Source of the DNA: Rhodosorus marinus CCMP1338
Taxonomy: Eukaryota > Plantae > Rhodophyta
DNA: 64,000 bases
Direction of reading: 5' to 3'
NCBI GenBank assembly: GCA_029953675.1
Contig: JAMWBK010000001.1
Span: forward strand, 1,798,001-1,862,000
This document shows positions 1 to 11,929 of this stretch, one piece after another. Position numbers and translations under genes: made by a program. The notes beneath the pieces are model-generated. The model was not told the DNA's origin. It made no database searches and saw only the letters and a list, made by a program, of their open reading frames with translations. The stretch's first letter is position 1. Each line of letters begins with the position of its first letter.

Positions 1-263
1 ACGCGTATATGAAGGCACGGCGAAGGGGGATTCGTGAGATGCCGGGCGGGCTGGCGAAGACCCGTGCGGTACGACGATATGAGGAAACAGAATCGATGGT
101 TGAATTCGCTCGAGACCATCTGCGGAAGGAGGTGTGGGAGGAAATGCGGTTCTCGTCCACTAGGGTTTTGGAGAAAAGGTTTAGCCATCGAATGAAGGGC
201 GAATACCGAGATCTGCCGTACAAGCGGAAGATGATCCGACGTAGAAAAAAGAGTCCCACTTGA
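1..263 (+). CDS. 3' end of an unidentified protein-coding gene cut by the window edge (basic C-terminus)
   Basis: Frame 3 is open from position 3 to TGA at 261-263; the other two + frames close early. No family recognised. Confidence 0.35.
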   Translation, partial: AYMKARRRGIREMPGGLAKTRAVRRYEETESMVEFARDHLRKEVWEEMRFSSTRVLEKRFSHRMKGEYRDLPYKRKMIRRRKKSPT

Positions 264-605
264 TACAGACAGCTAGTTCGCAGAGCTGCAATGGCCTTTA
301 TTAATTCTTCCGTTGACTAACCTAGCATACTCACCACAGGGCTTGGCAAGCAGGGTTTACGTCTCCGTTTGAACGAGGCCAGGCGTACCCATTGAGAGCA
401 GTAGTTACGAAATCAAACCTTAATTGTTGAGTGTTCCTGTGCTAAAGATTACCAATGTTATCTTTGTATTGTGCCGTCGAAAAGACTAGCGCCACGAAGC
501 TTCGCGTCTGTGCTCCCAACTTCTTGTCGGATTTTCTCAAGCTCCTAGAGGACGAGAGAAAAGCAACATAGCAATTAATACTCAGGGAGACTTGGGAGCA
601 GAGGT

Positions 606-3600
606 TTAGAGCGGATACAGTACCGCCGCGCTGTTCAACCCAGCCTTGTTCTTCGGGAAGTAGGATCCGACCAGCTCGGGGATTTCTATTTCACCACGGG
701 AGAGTTTGTCAATCTTCTGCATAAGGTCGTAGTTGATTTCTTCCGTGACTCTAGAATCTTTTCTATACGAAGGGTGTGTCTCCACAAAGTGGCGCATCCA
801 CTTGGCTGTTGTCCAGAGCGTTCCCTACAACGGATCATAAGGTGGGGTTAAAAAAAACACGCTATTCTTTTCTGTTCTGAGCGCTGCCCTTCTATGTCAC
901 CCGTTCAAGATGCTACAAACACCAAACGAGCTGGATGAGATTGTTTCTCCTATTATGTGCATCCACTCACGTTCGCCTTATCCGAGACAAAATCGAGGTA
1001 AATCCCAATCTTTGAAATGATTTCCTGATTGTCCGCGTGCGTCCCTAGAGCATGCAGATACGTCCGAATGAGAGGGATGAATCCCGGAAACGCAAAGTTG
1101 CAGTTTGGCCCGGATAAGTTCGTTCCGTTAAATATCTCATCCAGCGTCATCAGTTCAAGTGCTTCTGCGGGTAAACCGCAATCGTCAAACTCTGAAGGCC
1201 AAGAGAACTGAAATCACAAATTGCAAACGCGAATATCACGAAGATAACAAACGGATTAAAACAAAACAAGCACTAGGTCCAGTTTTTTGGGGGGTGGTCA
1301 GTGATCCATACCTTCGGGACATGCACATGACCACAGCAGCAAACGAAGCTAGGAACCTTATGCGGACCCTCTCCGAATATGTTTCTTCTAAAATAGAACC
1401 TGCCCGATTCAGCAGCATTCCTTTCGTGCGCGATCTGCATGTTTTCGTCGACTTTAGATATAGGCATGTACAGGTTCAGATCGAAGGCAATAATAACCCT
1501 TGACAGGAGCACGATGAATATGCTGAAGGCCGCGTTCTCAAAATCCGTGAATTGTACCTGGTCGCGGATAGAAACGCGATCGAAGAAGTCAGTAGTGGCT
1601 GCTCCCCAATGTCAGGTTGTCGCGTACACTGGACATACCTCCATACTCCTGAACTCAGTTCTCCAGCCGATGTCTGAATCAGGTGGGGGTGGCTTAAAAC
1701 GTACTGTATTCCAGTTAGTAGACTGTATGTTCTCAAAGTGGCCCATGTCAGTTTCGTTGTCCTGCGCCAGATGATCTTCGAAAATAACCAGTGGATCTCG
1801 AATAAACAAATGAGCAATGTGCTGGGCGAGCAGATCATCAACACCTGGCACAGAAACAGTTCGATCAGCGGCTAACTCAAGGTAAGGAGGACAGTACGGA
1901 CATTCATCCCTGTAGCTGCCCATACAGAATTCAACTGCGCTTGTAAGTGTCCATCTTACCTCCGTCCCGCAGTCTCTTGTATGCGTTCTCGTCCACTGCG
2001 ATTGGAATGTCGTTGTAAATATCAGGAATCATCGCCTTTCGATCGGAGATATAGAGATCGATCGAGTCATATCGAGACTTCCCAATCTTTCCCATCGCCT
2101 CCTCAGGAGTTCTGTCGTCCACAGAGCCTTCGGCATCGCGGAGAGAAGCATAATTAGATGGTGTCAGAACTTGATCCGTTGCATAGGAGCTAGCACTAGG
2201 TGCGATTGATTGACTACTCGGTAGCCTTTGGCAACAAGCTGTGATGGTCCTTACCAGCAATAATGTTCCACCTCACGTCCGTGTCCAAGAGGTATCCCCG
2301 GATCGCTGGACAGGCAGCAGTCAATGCCAACAATATTGGGGCTACAACATGCAGCTGGTCGTATAGATGGCGGCATTCGCCAATATCGGTGCATTGCAAG
2401 GTCACCTTCACGATATCAAAACGTTTAAAGGATCGTTGGTTCAGGTCGTCCACACTGACGCTCAGGCTCAACCATCACTTCTTTCCTCCTCGGTTCAGCA
2501 TGCCAACTAGCGCGCTTACGTCAGAATCAATGCAAGGCCGTATGCGTGAAAAACGTACCTGCAAGCAGCTGCATCCCATGCCAAATGCCATGGAGTCCAT
2601 GTAGACATCATCCTTCTTTTCCCCGCAGGCATCCTCGATTTTCTGATACGCATGGTCGTCGATTGTTACTTCCTCTGGGGGCATTACGCACCCGGGATCG
2701 CATTCATCACAAACTACTGGAACTAATTCCGGAGTGTTCTCGTCCATGAACAAAGGCATGTGAATATCGACCTGCGAATGAACGAGTACTCTGTTCTTGA
2801 GTGAGTTGCAGATCAATAGACACGCTTCAAGGGGAAAAAAGCGCTCTGCCTTATAGGTTATTAGCAAGACGGGGACAGAAATCTACAATCCCGAAAGCGA
2901 CGCTATTCGCGCTCCAGTACCTTCGAGCCTCGTCGCAACCGAATGTTCCTTGTCAGGGTGCGAAACCGTGGGTGTGGATTGATATGCATATCCGAGGTGT
3001 AGAAGGACCTCGCATATTTCCCATAGACTGGCTTCGGGGGGTCTGTGAACTGCTTGCAACCGAGTCGCGGATACGCGGTTAAAGATAGCACCAGCTCATT
3101 ATCTCCTAGTAACCTAGACGTGATAATAATGTACATGGGACACGAAAAATAAATATAGTGGACGAACACCACCATGATCAGCTTTTTACATAGGCGATAA
3201 TTGTTTGCACTACATGAACAGCGGCGAAGCAACTCACCCTTGAATTTCGGCGCGTCGCAAGGCCATGTTCTTCTCCACTAAGGTAAGATCTCTAATAAAG
3301 CTCCGATACGGCGTCCCAGGAGTTCCTTCAACCATCCAGTTTGCGTACTCCGGTCTCCATAAAGTCTCGACGATGATATCCGAGGATTCACTATTGCGCA
3401 AGGGACGACACCAAGTGAGCACGGAGGGAAACGTAGCCCGACAAGCAGGTTGAAATGTTAACAGTTGACCATGAGCTTGAACAACCAAGAGCCCATACCC
3501 AGAAATTTGGAGGTGTTCGGCGACTTGGAGCTCTTCGATGACCTCAGGAGCCCGGACGCACAACCTGGCTGTCTTCGAGGTCTCATCAATCATGATGAGT

Positions 3601-3761
3601 GCATACTCCACTTCATCACCCCATTTCAGCATGGGCCTCCTCCGGTCCCTCACCTTTTCATACGCATGCAAGAACTGCGTAATCCCATCACTCTTGACTC
3701 TCTGACGGTGCGGTTCTGAATCCTTCCAGGTCAAAGGCCTCCCAGCAGTTAACAGTCCCAT
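606..3761 (-). CDS. GCLC: Glutamate-cysteine ligase catalytic subunit, animal/fungal type, multi-exon
   Basis: [12 protein letters not shown]...[95 protein letters not shown] 3761, TAA 606-608. Internal exon boundaries not all resolved. Confidence 0.95.
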
Positions 3762-4948
3762 TCTGTGCAATCCAAGATCACACAAAACCAAAGCTAAACC
3801 AACCAAAACAAAAAAAAAAAGACCTTCCTCAAAACTCCTCAAGAACACCCTGAAGGCCACACGCCCTACCACGACGACAAACCCAAACCTAACACTACTG
3901 CAGAACACTACAACAAGCAACCATTAGCTCCTCACAGGAGTTCCTCTTGCAGTCCGCTACTCACCCACCTCCTTCCCAAGAAATCCTTACGCATTTTACT
4001 GAAAACTACGCCTCCACCTCTCACACACTCTTCAGGTCATCTCACTGGAAAGCGGCACCCTCTCGTCCATGCCTTCTCGTCCATGCGGGTCCTCATTTCT
4101 CCCTTAAAAAAACAAAGATAGTTATCCCATTTCCTTCCCATCCTTCACACAAATCAAAACGCGTCAGCTTCTAGAGAGATACCGGGGGGGAGGGAGTTGT
4201 TCTAGCCAGAGTCCTCGAGTCTACGAAACCATCTTTACGATTCCTTGATGGAATTTTCCAACTGTACTTGATGTACGCTCTCTCAGAACACGCCTCCCAA
4301 CTCATCAACCAGGCTCCCCCTTCAACCACGCCTCCAAACCCTCAACACCAAAACCTGAAAAAGGCTCGGGAAATCAAAGGGGATATTTTTGAATATAAAA
4401 ATCTATAATCAGCGCTAAAATTATATAAATACATTTATAAGAATAGTTCTCTTATATCGTACCCTCTGCCTTTAAATTATACTTCTGTGTACTATGGCAA
4501 ATGTTCTTTGATCGGGGCCAAAAGATCTTTTAGTCTAGAAAGCGAGGAGCCAATGTTCCTTGGCCCGGTATAAGTATTTGATTTTTGTTTACAATATCCA
4601 ATTAAAACGGAAGTGGTCGAAAGTGCTTCAGGGTTTGCTAGTCTGGTTCCCCAGTGGTCTGCTAGTAGGAGTAGTCAACAGTAGTGGACGACTGTTCTCA
4701 AGTCTTACATTACGCGCCAGGCTGTAGATTCGCCTAGTCCGCGCAACGCGCCGAGCAGGTTCAGATAGTTCCGCGACGCGTTTGTGAGCTTCTGTGGACC
4801 TGCATGTGACCACTACCAACGCATTGACGGGTGGTTATGTCCCGAGTAGAGGTCCGCTCGTATCACTCCTATCAGCAGGCGCATGGGTCTGATAGCTTGT
4901 TGTGGTAGAGTTACCAACTCACCGGAAGAGCAAGCTCAGCGTTTCGCC

Positions 4949-6699
4949 TCAGTCCGAGTCTACAGATGAGACTGCATGGAGACCCATGACATTGAATACG
5001 AAGGCGAGGCCCAAAGGTACTGTCGCAGAGCCTGCTTCCGTGCCGTAACCGGTCGTGCTTGCTAACAAGACTGCCATCATCAGGAGGGGGGATGGCCATA
5101 ACCAAAAAATGATTAGCCTCTTCCAATCATGAAAAGGATTATTGTGACAATGCTCTACCTCCGAGCAAAAAGTTAATCGGGGCTGCACGCAGCAAAACGC
5201 TGTGGCTGAGAAAGCTCGCCAGGAACGCCCGAATGTAGTACGGTACTACGATGAACAAGTTGCCTATACCGAAAATGCTACCAGCTGTCTTGTATCCCAA
5301 ATCCGCGACGGTGAGAATCGAGCTCTCCTGATAAATTGAAAAGAGTGCGCACGGCAACAACAACGCGGATGCCATCGATACCTGACAGATGAATAAACTC
5401 AACATCAGGAGCCAGGATTCTCCTCGAGTGAACCGCACATACTGTGTGAAAAAGTCTGGAGACAGTTGGCCTTTGACAAATCACTTACCGACAGAGCAAA
5501 GCTTCTTTTCGTTCCCCCAACTACCGTTGCCAATTTTCTACGGTATCCGCTGGATCCAAGGGTCAAGGCCGACGAGCATAGAACGAGAAATATTCCTAGT
5601 TCAATGCGAAGTGCGCCGTCTGCAACCACCAACCCGTGATTTGTTCCTTTTAAGTCACCGCCCCCAGAGTTCCGCAGATCCTCCTCAAGAACTTCCAGGT
5701 CCTCGCCAAGCAATCTACGCATGCGCTGTGCCGCATCTTTCTCGCCCTATGCCCCACACAGTTTACAGATCTTAGTTGGAATAGCTTGCAAGGATTCACG
5801 GATTATGCAAAGACCACACCTGGTGTCTCTTCGAGAGTTGCTCCGCCACATTCTCGATCTTCGCCTCTGCACCTGCTTTGATCGACTCTAGCGCCTTCTC
5901 TGCTTTCATTCCCAGCTTTGTGCTGGCGAGCCTAGCTGCATCTCCACTCTCTCTTCCGCTTGCGTCGTACATTATAAGGGCATACGAAAGCAAGACCTGC
6001 GACTGGGATTCAGCGTCTTGCATAGGGAGACCAACGAGCTTGACAAACGCTGAATTGACATCACGTTGCTCACCAGTACGAGGCCCCGTATTTTTCGTCG
6101 GGAAGGTCTGTCACGGCCTCTTAACAGATTGAGGGCATAGAGCATCGGCAGCTCCGAGCAATCCAGCAGTAAAGCACGCATTGGTCCGCAAGCGCGCAGT
6201 CCTGCTCCGTAAACATACATTGTCAACGCCAGTAGAGCTCCGCCTACCACAACATCCTGTAGCCCAGCTAGACCGAGTGGTTTGCCCTGCCAGGGCTTTT
6301 GGAGCAGCAAGAGGACGATCGAGGCGCCAGTCATTGCCAGAAACAGAAATATTGGAAGCGGCAAAGTGGTCAGCATCCGAGACGCAGTACCTGTTACAAT
6401 CGGCTGACTCGGGAAATATTTGAAACTTAGCAAAGATCAACAGTAAAGCCGTGCTCAGTCGCAGCGAGGGAATTTGCTGAAATCAAAAAAAGAATCGCAT
6501 GGCCCTCTCTGAGCCACAAAGGAAATAATCGAGATCTCCATACCGAAGTTAAATAGTCAAAGGTCAGGAACACAGCAAACACTCTGGACGCCTTAGCCGC
6601 GACCAGTGCAAATCGAGCCCCTTGCGAAAGTCGGCGCGACCTCTTCCTCGACACAACTGGGCTCGCATTACGGGTGGTTGGCAGCTGGCCGTTGTCCAT
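4949..6699 (-). CDS. Multi-pass membrane protein matching only the N-terminal domain of ZnT5/SLC30A5; no CDF domain
   Basis: Spliced reading: LLLLQKPW...GAGLRACGPMRALLLDCSE...KIRGLVLV...RRKLATVVGGTKR. Parallels human ZnT5 LFQKPF...GLTLCGPLRTLLLFEHSD...KTRG...SRKLSVDVGGAKR (recalled). Stop 4949-4951; one further short exon is possible. Confidence 0.75.
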
Positions 6700-7236
6700 T
6701 CCTATTCTTGCCAACGACCAAACCCGCTACTTAACCTCAACAACAACCTTCAGAACAGAAGCACCGCGGCATACTTATCGCTACTCTATACCAATTCAGC
6801 TCCAACGATCCAAACCGAAACCTCTATCAAACCTTGCTACCAAACTCCCACCCGCAATATCCGCCCATTCCCTCACACCCACCTAAATACAGTGCCCGTG
6901 GTGTCCCAGTTATTCTGTCCCATTGACAAAATATGGAAATCGTTTCCAAAAAAAAGAAAAACAATTTCGGTCTTGAGCCATTGTCCCAGTCCGGCTCAAG
7001 ACCGAAATTGTTCTGCAAGCTAGGTGAGGTTTGGGCAGGGTGTGGAGGATTCTCTCTTGAAAGGTTTGATGGAAAAAACATCAGCGAGTTTATGGTAGCG
7101 AAGTGAATTAATCGCACTCTAGTTCGCTGCATGAAGGACTGGAGTGGATGTGTGCATGCCTGAAAGCTTAGCGTTTGGTAGGAGGTGGTTTTGCCTTTTT
7201 TGCGGGCTTCTGTGATTGGTAGTTCTTGTGCCGGCC

Positions 7237-8026
7237 ATGGAGCGCAATCGACTTGCAACTCAGGTAACATAGCCCATGCGTTTCTTATACGAGCTAGGAC
7301 TCGGACTGAATATGTTTTATCGACACATGGGTTAGCTTGAGGCGATCAGAACAGAAATTGATACTCGACTTAAGCCGGACTTGGACCTTGTCTGCGGTCT
7401 TCGGGATCGTGTCTTTGAGGAGATCATGCAGATTCTCCAACTCAAGCAAAACATAGAGACTATAAGAGATAACCAGGATAAAAATCTTGAGCTGCAGGTG
7501 AGGAGAAAAGCCGTTAAATCTTTTCCCAATAGCCTGGCGTTCCTTACCTTTCTATCCAATACGCTGGAATCTCAAGGTTGACATCGGCGAGAATATATAT
7601 GTTCAGGCAGAGGTGCCAGATTGTAGCCGGATCTATGTTAATTTTGGTGAGCATTAGGTGGACTCCTGCTCCACTGTTGAGCTGCATGGGGTGGTGGAGA
7701 CTTAAGCACAGCCGGCACTTCTCCTTTTCGTTAGGGCTTGGTGTCTGGGTTGACTTGGAGGCTTCGGAAGCGCTGAAATTCATTGAAGCGCGTCGTAGAG
7801 CACTGGAGGAGCGATCTGAGCAGTACACCGGAAGGTACGCGAGACCCTAAATCGCATTCGAGCGCTGGAAATACGATCACCGTCCTGAAATAGGATCTGT
7901 CAGCATGGCGACACGAGAGTTTAAAACTGCCGTCCAAAACTCTAATTGAACAGAATAAGTGAGATCCAAGCTCACCTAATCCCGCTCCTCCAAGGTGCCC
8001 GAGAGCTGGAATCGCTCATGACCTAA
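7237..8026 (+). CDS. UXT: Prefoldin alpha-like protein UXT, 5 exons
   Basis: Spliced: MERNRLATQ|LEAIRTEIDTRLKPDLDLVCGLRDRVFEEIMQILQLKQNIE...LELQ|VDIGENIYVQAEVPDCSRIYVNFG|LGVWVDLEASEALKFIEARRR...|ISEIQAHLIPLLQGARELESLMT*. All introns GT-AG and phase-consistent. Confidence 0.85.
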
Positions 8027-8667
8027 GGACTCGCTATTGGCGATTGCAAACGCACCGCGAGCAAACCTCAGGGAATAGACATGCTGCAACACCTCGGCTA
8101 CCGGAACGCTCAAGAGGCGACAGTCAGCGTCCTTATTTCACCAAACTCTATCCTGGCTTTTTACCCCAAGCAAAATTATAAGGTAACCAAGTTAGTGCCA
8201 ATCTAAAGTCTAATCTTAAACCATCGGCACCTACTCATAGATATACTCGAATTGCTTCGATTCTTTTAGCCAAGATTGTAGGATATGTCATGAAATCGTA
8301 AGGGCTCGTTCAGTACCAGCCCGCGAACCCGCGCCCATCATGGTTGAAGTAAGAGTCTGGACCGGTGTCTTCAACCATTTCTCTCATCCGTTGTACTTAA
8401 TCATCTCAAGATTATTTTTACGTACTACTAATTTATTTTACGAAAATTAGGCTGGAGAATTGAAATGGGAAAAGTTCCGAGCGGTAACTTCGAATTGACC
8501 AATGAACATCAAGTTTGTAGCGGTCGCGAATACTCTCTGCTGCTGCTGGGAGAAGATGAGTCTATTTTGGTTGCGCTTGAGTATTTGTTAGGTGCTCGGT
8601 GGATGGCAGAATCCCCACTGAGCAGGTTTAATAAGTGTCAAGAGATCAAATCATATGTATATAGGAC

Positions 8668-10456
8668 TTATTCCTTATATTGTCCGAAAATGACGCTGCT
8701 GTTGTGGCCTCCAAAACCGAAGGAATTGCTCAAACCGACCTTGACGTCCATGTTAATCGCCTCGTTGGGGACGACGTTGAACTCGACTCCCTCTTCTGGT
8801 TCCTCGTGGTTAATTCTGTTGGTTTTGTGCCAGCATGAGAATGGCTATCAGGAAAATCCTTGCTGCCGTGAGCAAGACTAAACTTTTCCGGGGTTAGCTT
8901 ACGTTGGATGGACCTGGCCCGTTTGTATCGCCATCAGCATGGCAATCCCTTCGAGAGCCCCTGCTGCGCCAAGGCTGTGTCCAGTCATCGACTTGGTTGA
9001 ATGGATCTTCACGTGATCTTTGTACTCTCCGAAAACAGAGTTGATTGCGGAAACTTCGCAAAGGTCCCCGACTGGCGTGCTCGTCCCGTGAGCGTTTACC
9101 AAGTCAACCTGAAGGGTGAATTAGGTCGCTCATGTGAGAAACTCATTGCGTACGGGCATGACTCCCCCTCTTACCGAATGCTTACCTTATCAGCGGTTAT
9201 ACCAGCGTCATCTAGCGCTGACTTCATACACAGGATAACATCCCTCCCGTCCGTTCTAGGGGACGTCAAGTCGTACGCATCGCAAGAGACGCCACCACCA
9301 AGATATTCTGCATAAATAGTCGCCCCTCGGTCCTTAGCATGGTCAAGAGACTCTAGAACAAGTATTCCGGCTCCCTATTATTGTCCGCACAGGTGGTTTG
9401 TGTGAGTTGCTAGTAGGCTTCCTCCAGATCCAACGACGAGCGTACCTCTCCCATTACGAATCCGTCCCTTTGCTTGTCCCAAGGACGCGAGGCACGTTGC
9501 GGCTCATCGTTCCTCGAGGATAGAGCCTTGCAAGCGATGAAACCCGCCATCCCCATTGCGGTAATAGGTGCCTCTGCACCCCCAGCGATGATGACGTCGC
9601 TTTGACCACTCCTAATGTGTTCCGCCGCGTTAATGAAGCCTATCCCAAGCGCAGAAAATCGCAAACAGTGTTAGGGCCGAATCAGTGGTCATCCCGAGTT
9701 CACGCATCCGTGGATCTCGTAAACCGCGCCTTTAGGTCTACTTGGTAGGTTGGATCTGTATCCTGTGGCACTTACAATAGTTACTAGTTGCGCATGCCGT
9801 GTTAATGGAATAGTTGGGCCCCCTAAAACCGAGCTCAGGTTCCATCGCTATCATGCCGGCGCTCATGTTGCTCAAGTAGTACGGAATTGTGAAGGGGGAA
9901 ACTCGTTTCACCCCGCGATTACCTAGAGTTGAAATGTTATCTTCGAGGAATTTCATTCTTGAAACACATACGGCAAAAGTGGAGTACAATCGTGACGATG
10001 TTCAGCCACCCGTGCTATTTGGATGGAGCTACGGAATACTAGTCCTTACCCTCCCATGGCGCTGCCGACGATGACGCCGAATCTAGTTAGGTCGAAGTCT
10101 TTCAGATCATCCGCATATAGTCCAGCCTGCTTCAACGCTTTCTTCGCCGCGACTATGGCATACGCATGGACGGGGTCCAGTCTCCGAGCTTTCTTTGGAT
10201 CCAAATACTCTCCGGCCTTGAAATCAGTGATCTTCGCTGCAATACGAGTCGGAAAGTCGTCGAAGTCCCCAGGAAACAGTTCTTCAAGGGACTTGACGCC
10301 GCTTACTCCAGATACTAGGTTCTCGTGAAACTCCTCCGGGGTGTGTCCGAGTGGCGATACAACTCCCATACCCGTCACAACCACTCTCTTTGACGCCTCT
10401 GCCTGGCATCGAACTGTTCTCCGCTTCGTGCCATGCACCGAGAACAGGAACGCCAT
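8668..10456 (-). CDS. fabF: Plastid beta-ketoacyl-ACP synthase (FabF/KAS I-II family), multi-exon
   Basis: MAF-type transit peptide; KRVVVTGMG; catalytic Cys-His-His motifs NTACATSN, VNAHGTST, GHSLGAAG; C-terminal SNSFGFGGHNS; TAA 8668-8670. Confidence 0.93.
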
Positions 10457-11322
10457 CTTTGCACACCCTGAAGCCCTTCACACCCGATCTACGCAGCCAC
10501 GCCCAGCCTGACCAAGCAATCAACTTATCCGTTCCAAATACACCAACCAATTCAAACAGATCCGATCCAGAAACACTCCAGATTTTAGATTCTACACACT
10601 GTAACACCTATCCAACTCTATCCAGTCCAGCCCCACACGGCAGATCAACCTCGGGCGTCCACCTCCCCTACCTATTGCCCACAGCTGTGTCACCGGCCAA
10701 AAACCATCGCTGTTAATCCCACGCACCAATAACGACTATCCCGATTCGATAAAAATAAATGGCTACGCAAAACCCCTTTCCAAATTTTCTTCTACCCCCT
10801 CCACCAACTACCACCCAATCTAATCCCCAACCGGATTTCAACCGGTTTGGAGGGGGGGAGGGGGGTGGGGAGGTCCCCCACCCCCTAAGCAAAGTGTGAA
10901 GGTTCACACTTTGCTTAGGCCCGCAGAGCAACAAGAAGGTTTCCAACCGACCCCTTCAGGTTAATTTAACAACCCCTTGTGTTAAGACAATGCAATCAGA
11001 AGGCGGAGAGAAAAACCCGGGCATACTTGATGTTCAAGTTAAACACCCGCAAAGCCCTTGTTGGGGATTGTCCGCAACATCAATACCCCTTTGCGGATAC
11101 CGAAAAATACTAACTGTATTACCCCGTTGTCCAGCCCTCTAGTGCTCTCCGGTGGGTATTCGTTTGGGTGTTTCTTGGGCCTACACCCCCCTCCCAACCC
11201 CGCAAATGAGTGGGTAAAATTTGTCCTGGGCGAAACCCACTCACACGATTGATCTCCATCCAAAGATATTTTGAATTAATTTATTACTTGAAATGTTTGT
11301 GAACAAACCAACAAAAGCTTTG

Positions 11323-11396
11323 CACGTGGAATTTAAAATTCAATGATAATAAGCCACGTGTCCAAAGGCCCATATCAAATAGATATGTTCCACGTG
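11323..11396. promoter_or_regulatory. Cluster of three G-box (CACGTG) motifs plus a GGCCCA site
   Basis: CACGTG at 11323, 11355 and 11391 (two within CCACGTGTCC) and GGCCCA near 11367. AT-rich intergenic DNA between divergent fabF and DDX1. Confidence 0.45.
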
Positions 11397-11929
11397 TCCG
11401 AGTGTTTGGCCGTGCCCAACTGTTTATGGCGCAGTCGTTTACTTCCCAATCCGCGACAGAGGCGGGATCAAAGTTCTCAATCCTTAGGGAGGGGTATCAT
11501 TTGAGAGCGGGTGGATATCAGTTACTGAGCTAGCTCGTCTCTCAGATCCTGTTCCAACACATCCCTCTTGAGCAATCGGATTTTCTAGCTTATGCGCTAA
11601 TACCGAGGATATTGGAGTCGAACGCCTCGAGTAGCTTGCGGAGCTCGATCTAGCAATGCCCGAGCCTCCAACTCTAGTCGGATAGTCCACAAGAGGAGGA
11701 AAGAGATACCCCGCTTTGCCCGCCTTTGCACAACTGTCTAGATCGATTGATTTGGGAGTGAAAATTGGGTTTAGTTCCAAGGCCGGAATAACTGAAGAGA
11801 AATGGGTTGCTCAACCAACGGGGACATGTTTCGAGCAGCATCCTTGTCGTGCATAAACAATGGACGGTGACTAGGGGGTAGTTGATCTGAAAGCTTCAGT
11901 CCTGTTTCGGACTTGAGTGCCCCGAAGGA

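Noticed and set aside
11484-11780. 98-aa Ser-rich minus-strand ORF next to the DDX1 start
   Set aside because: No ATG start and only a weak candidate upstream exon; left unannotated.
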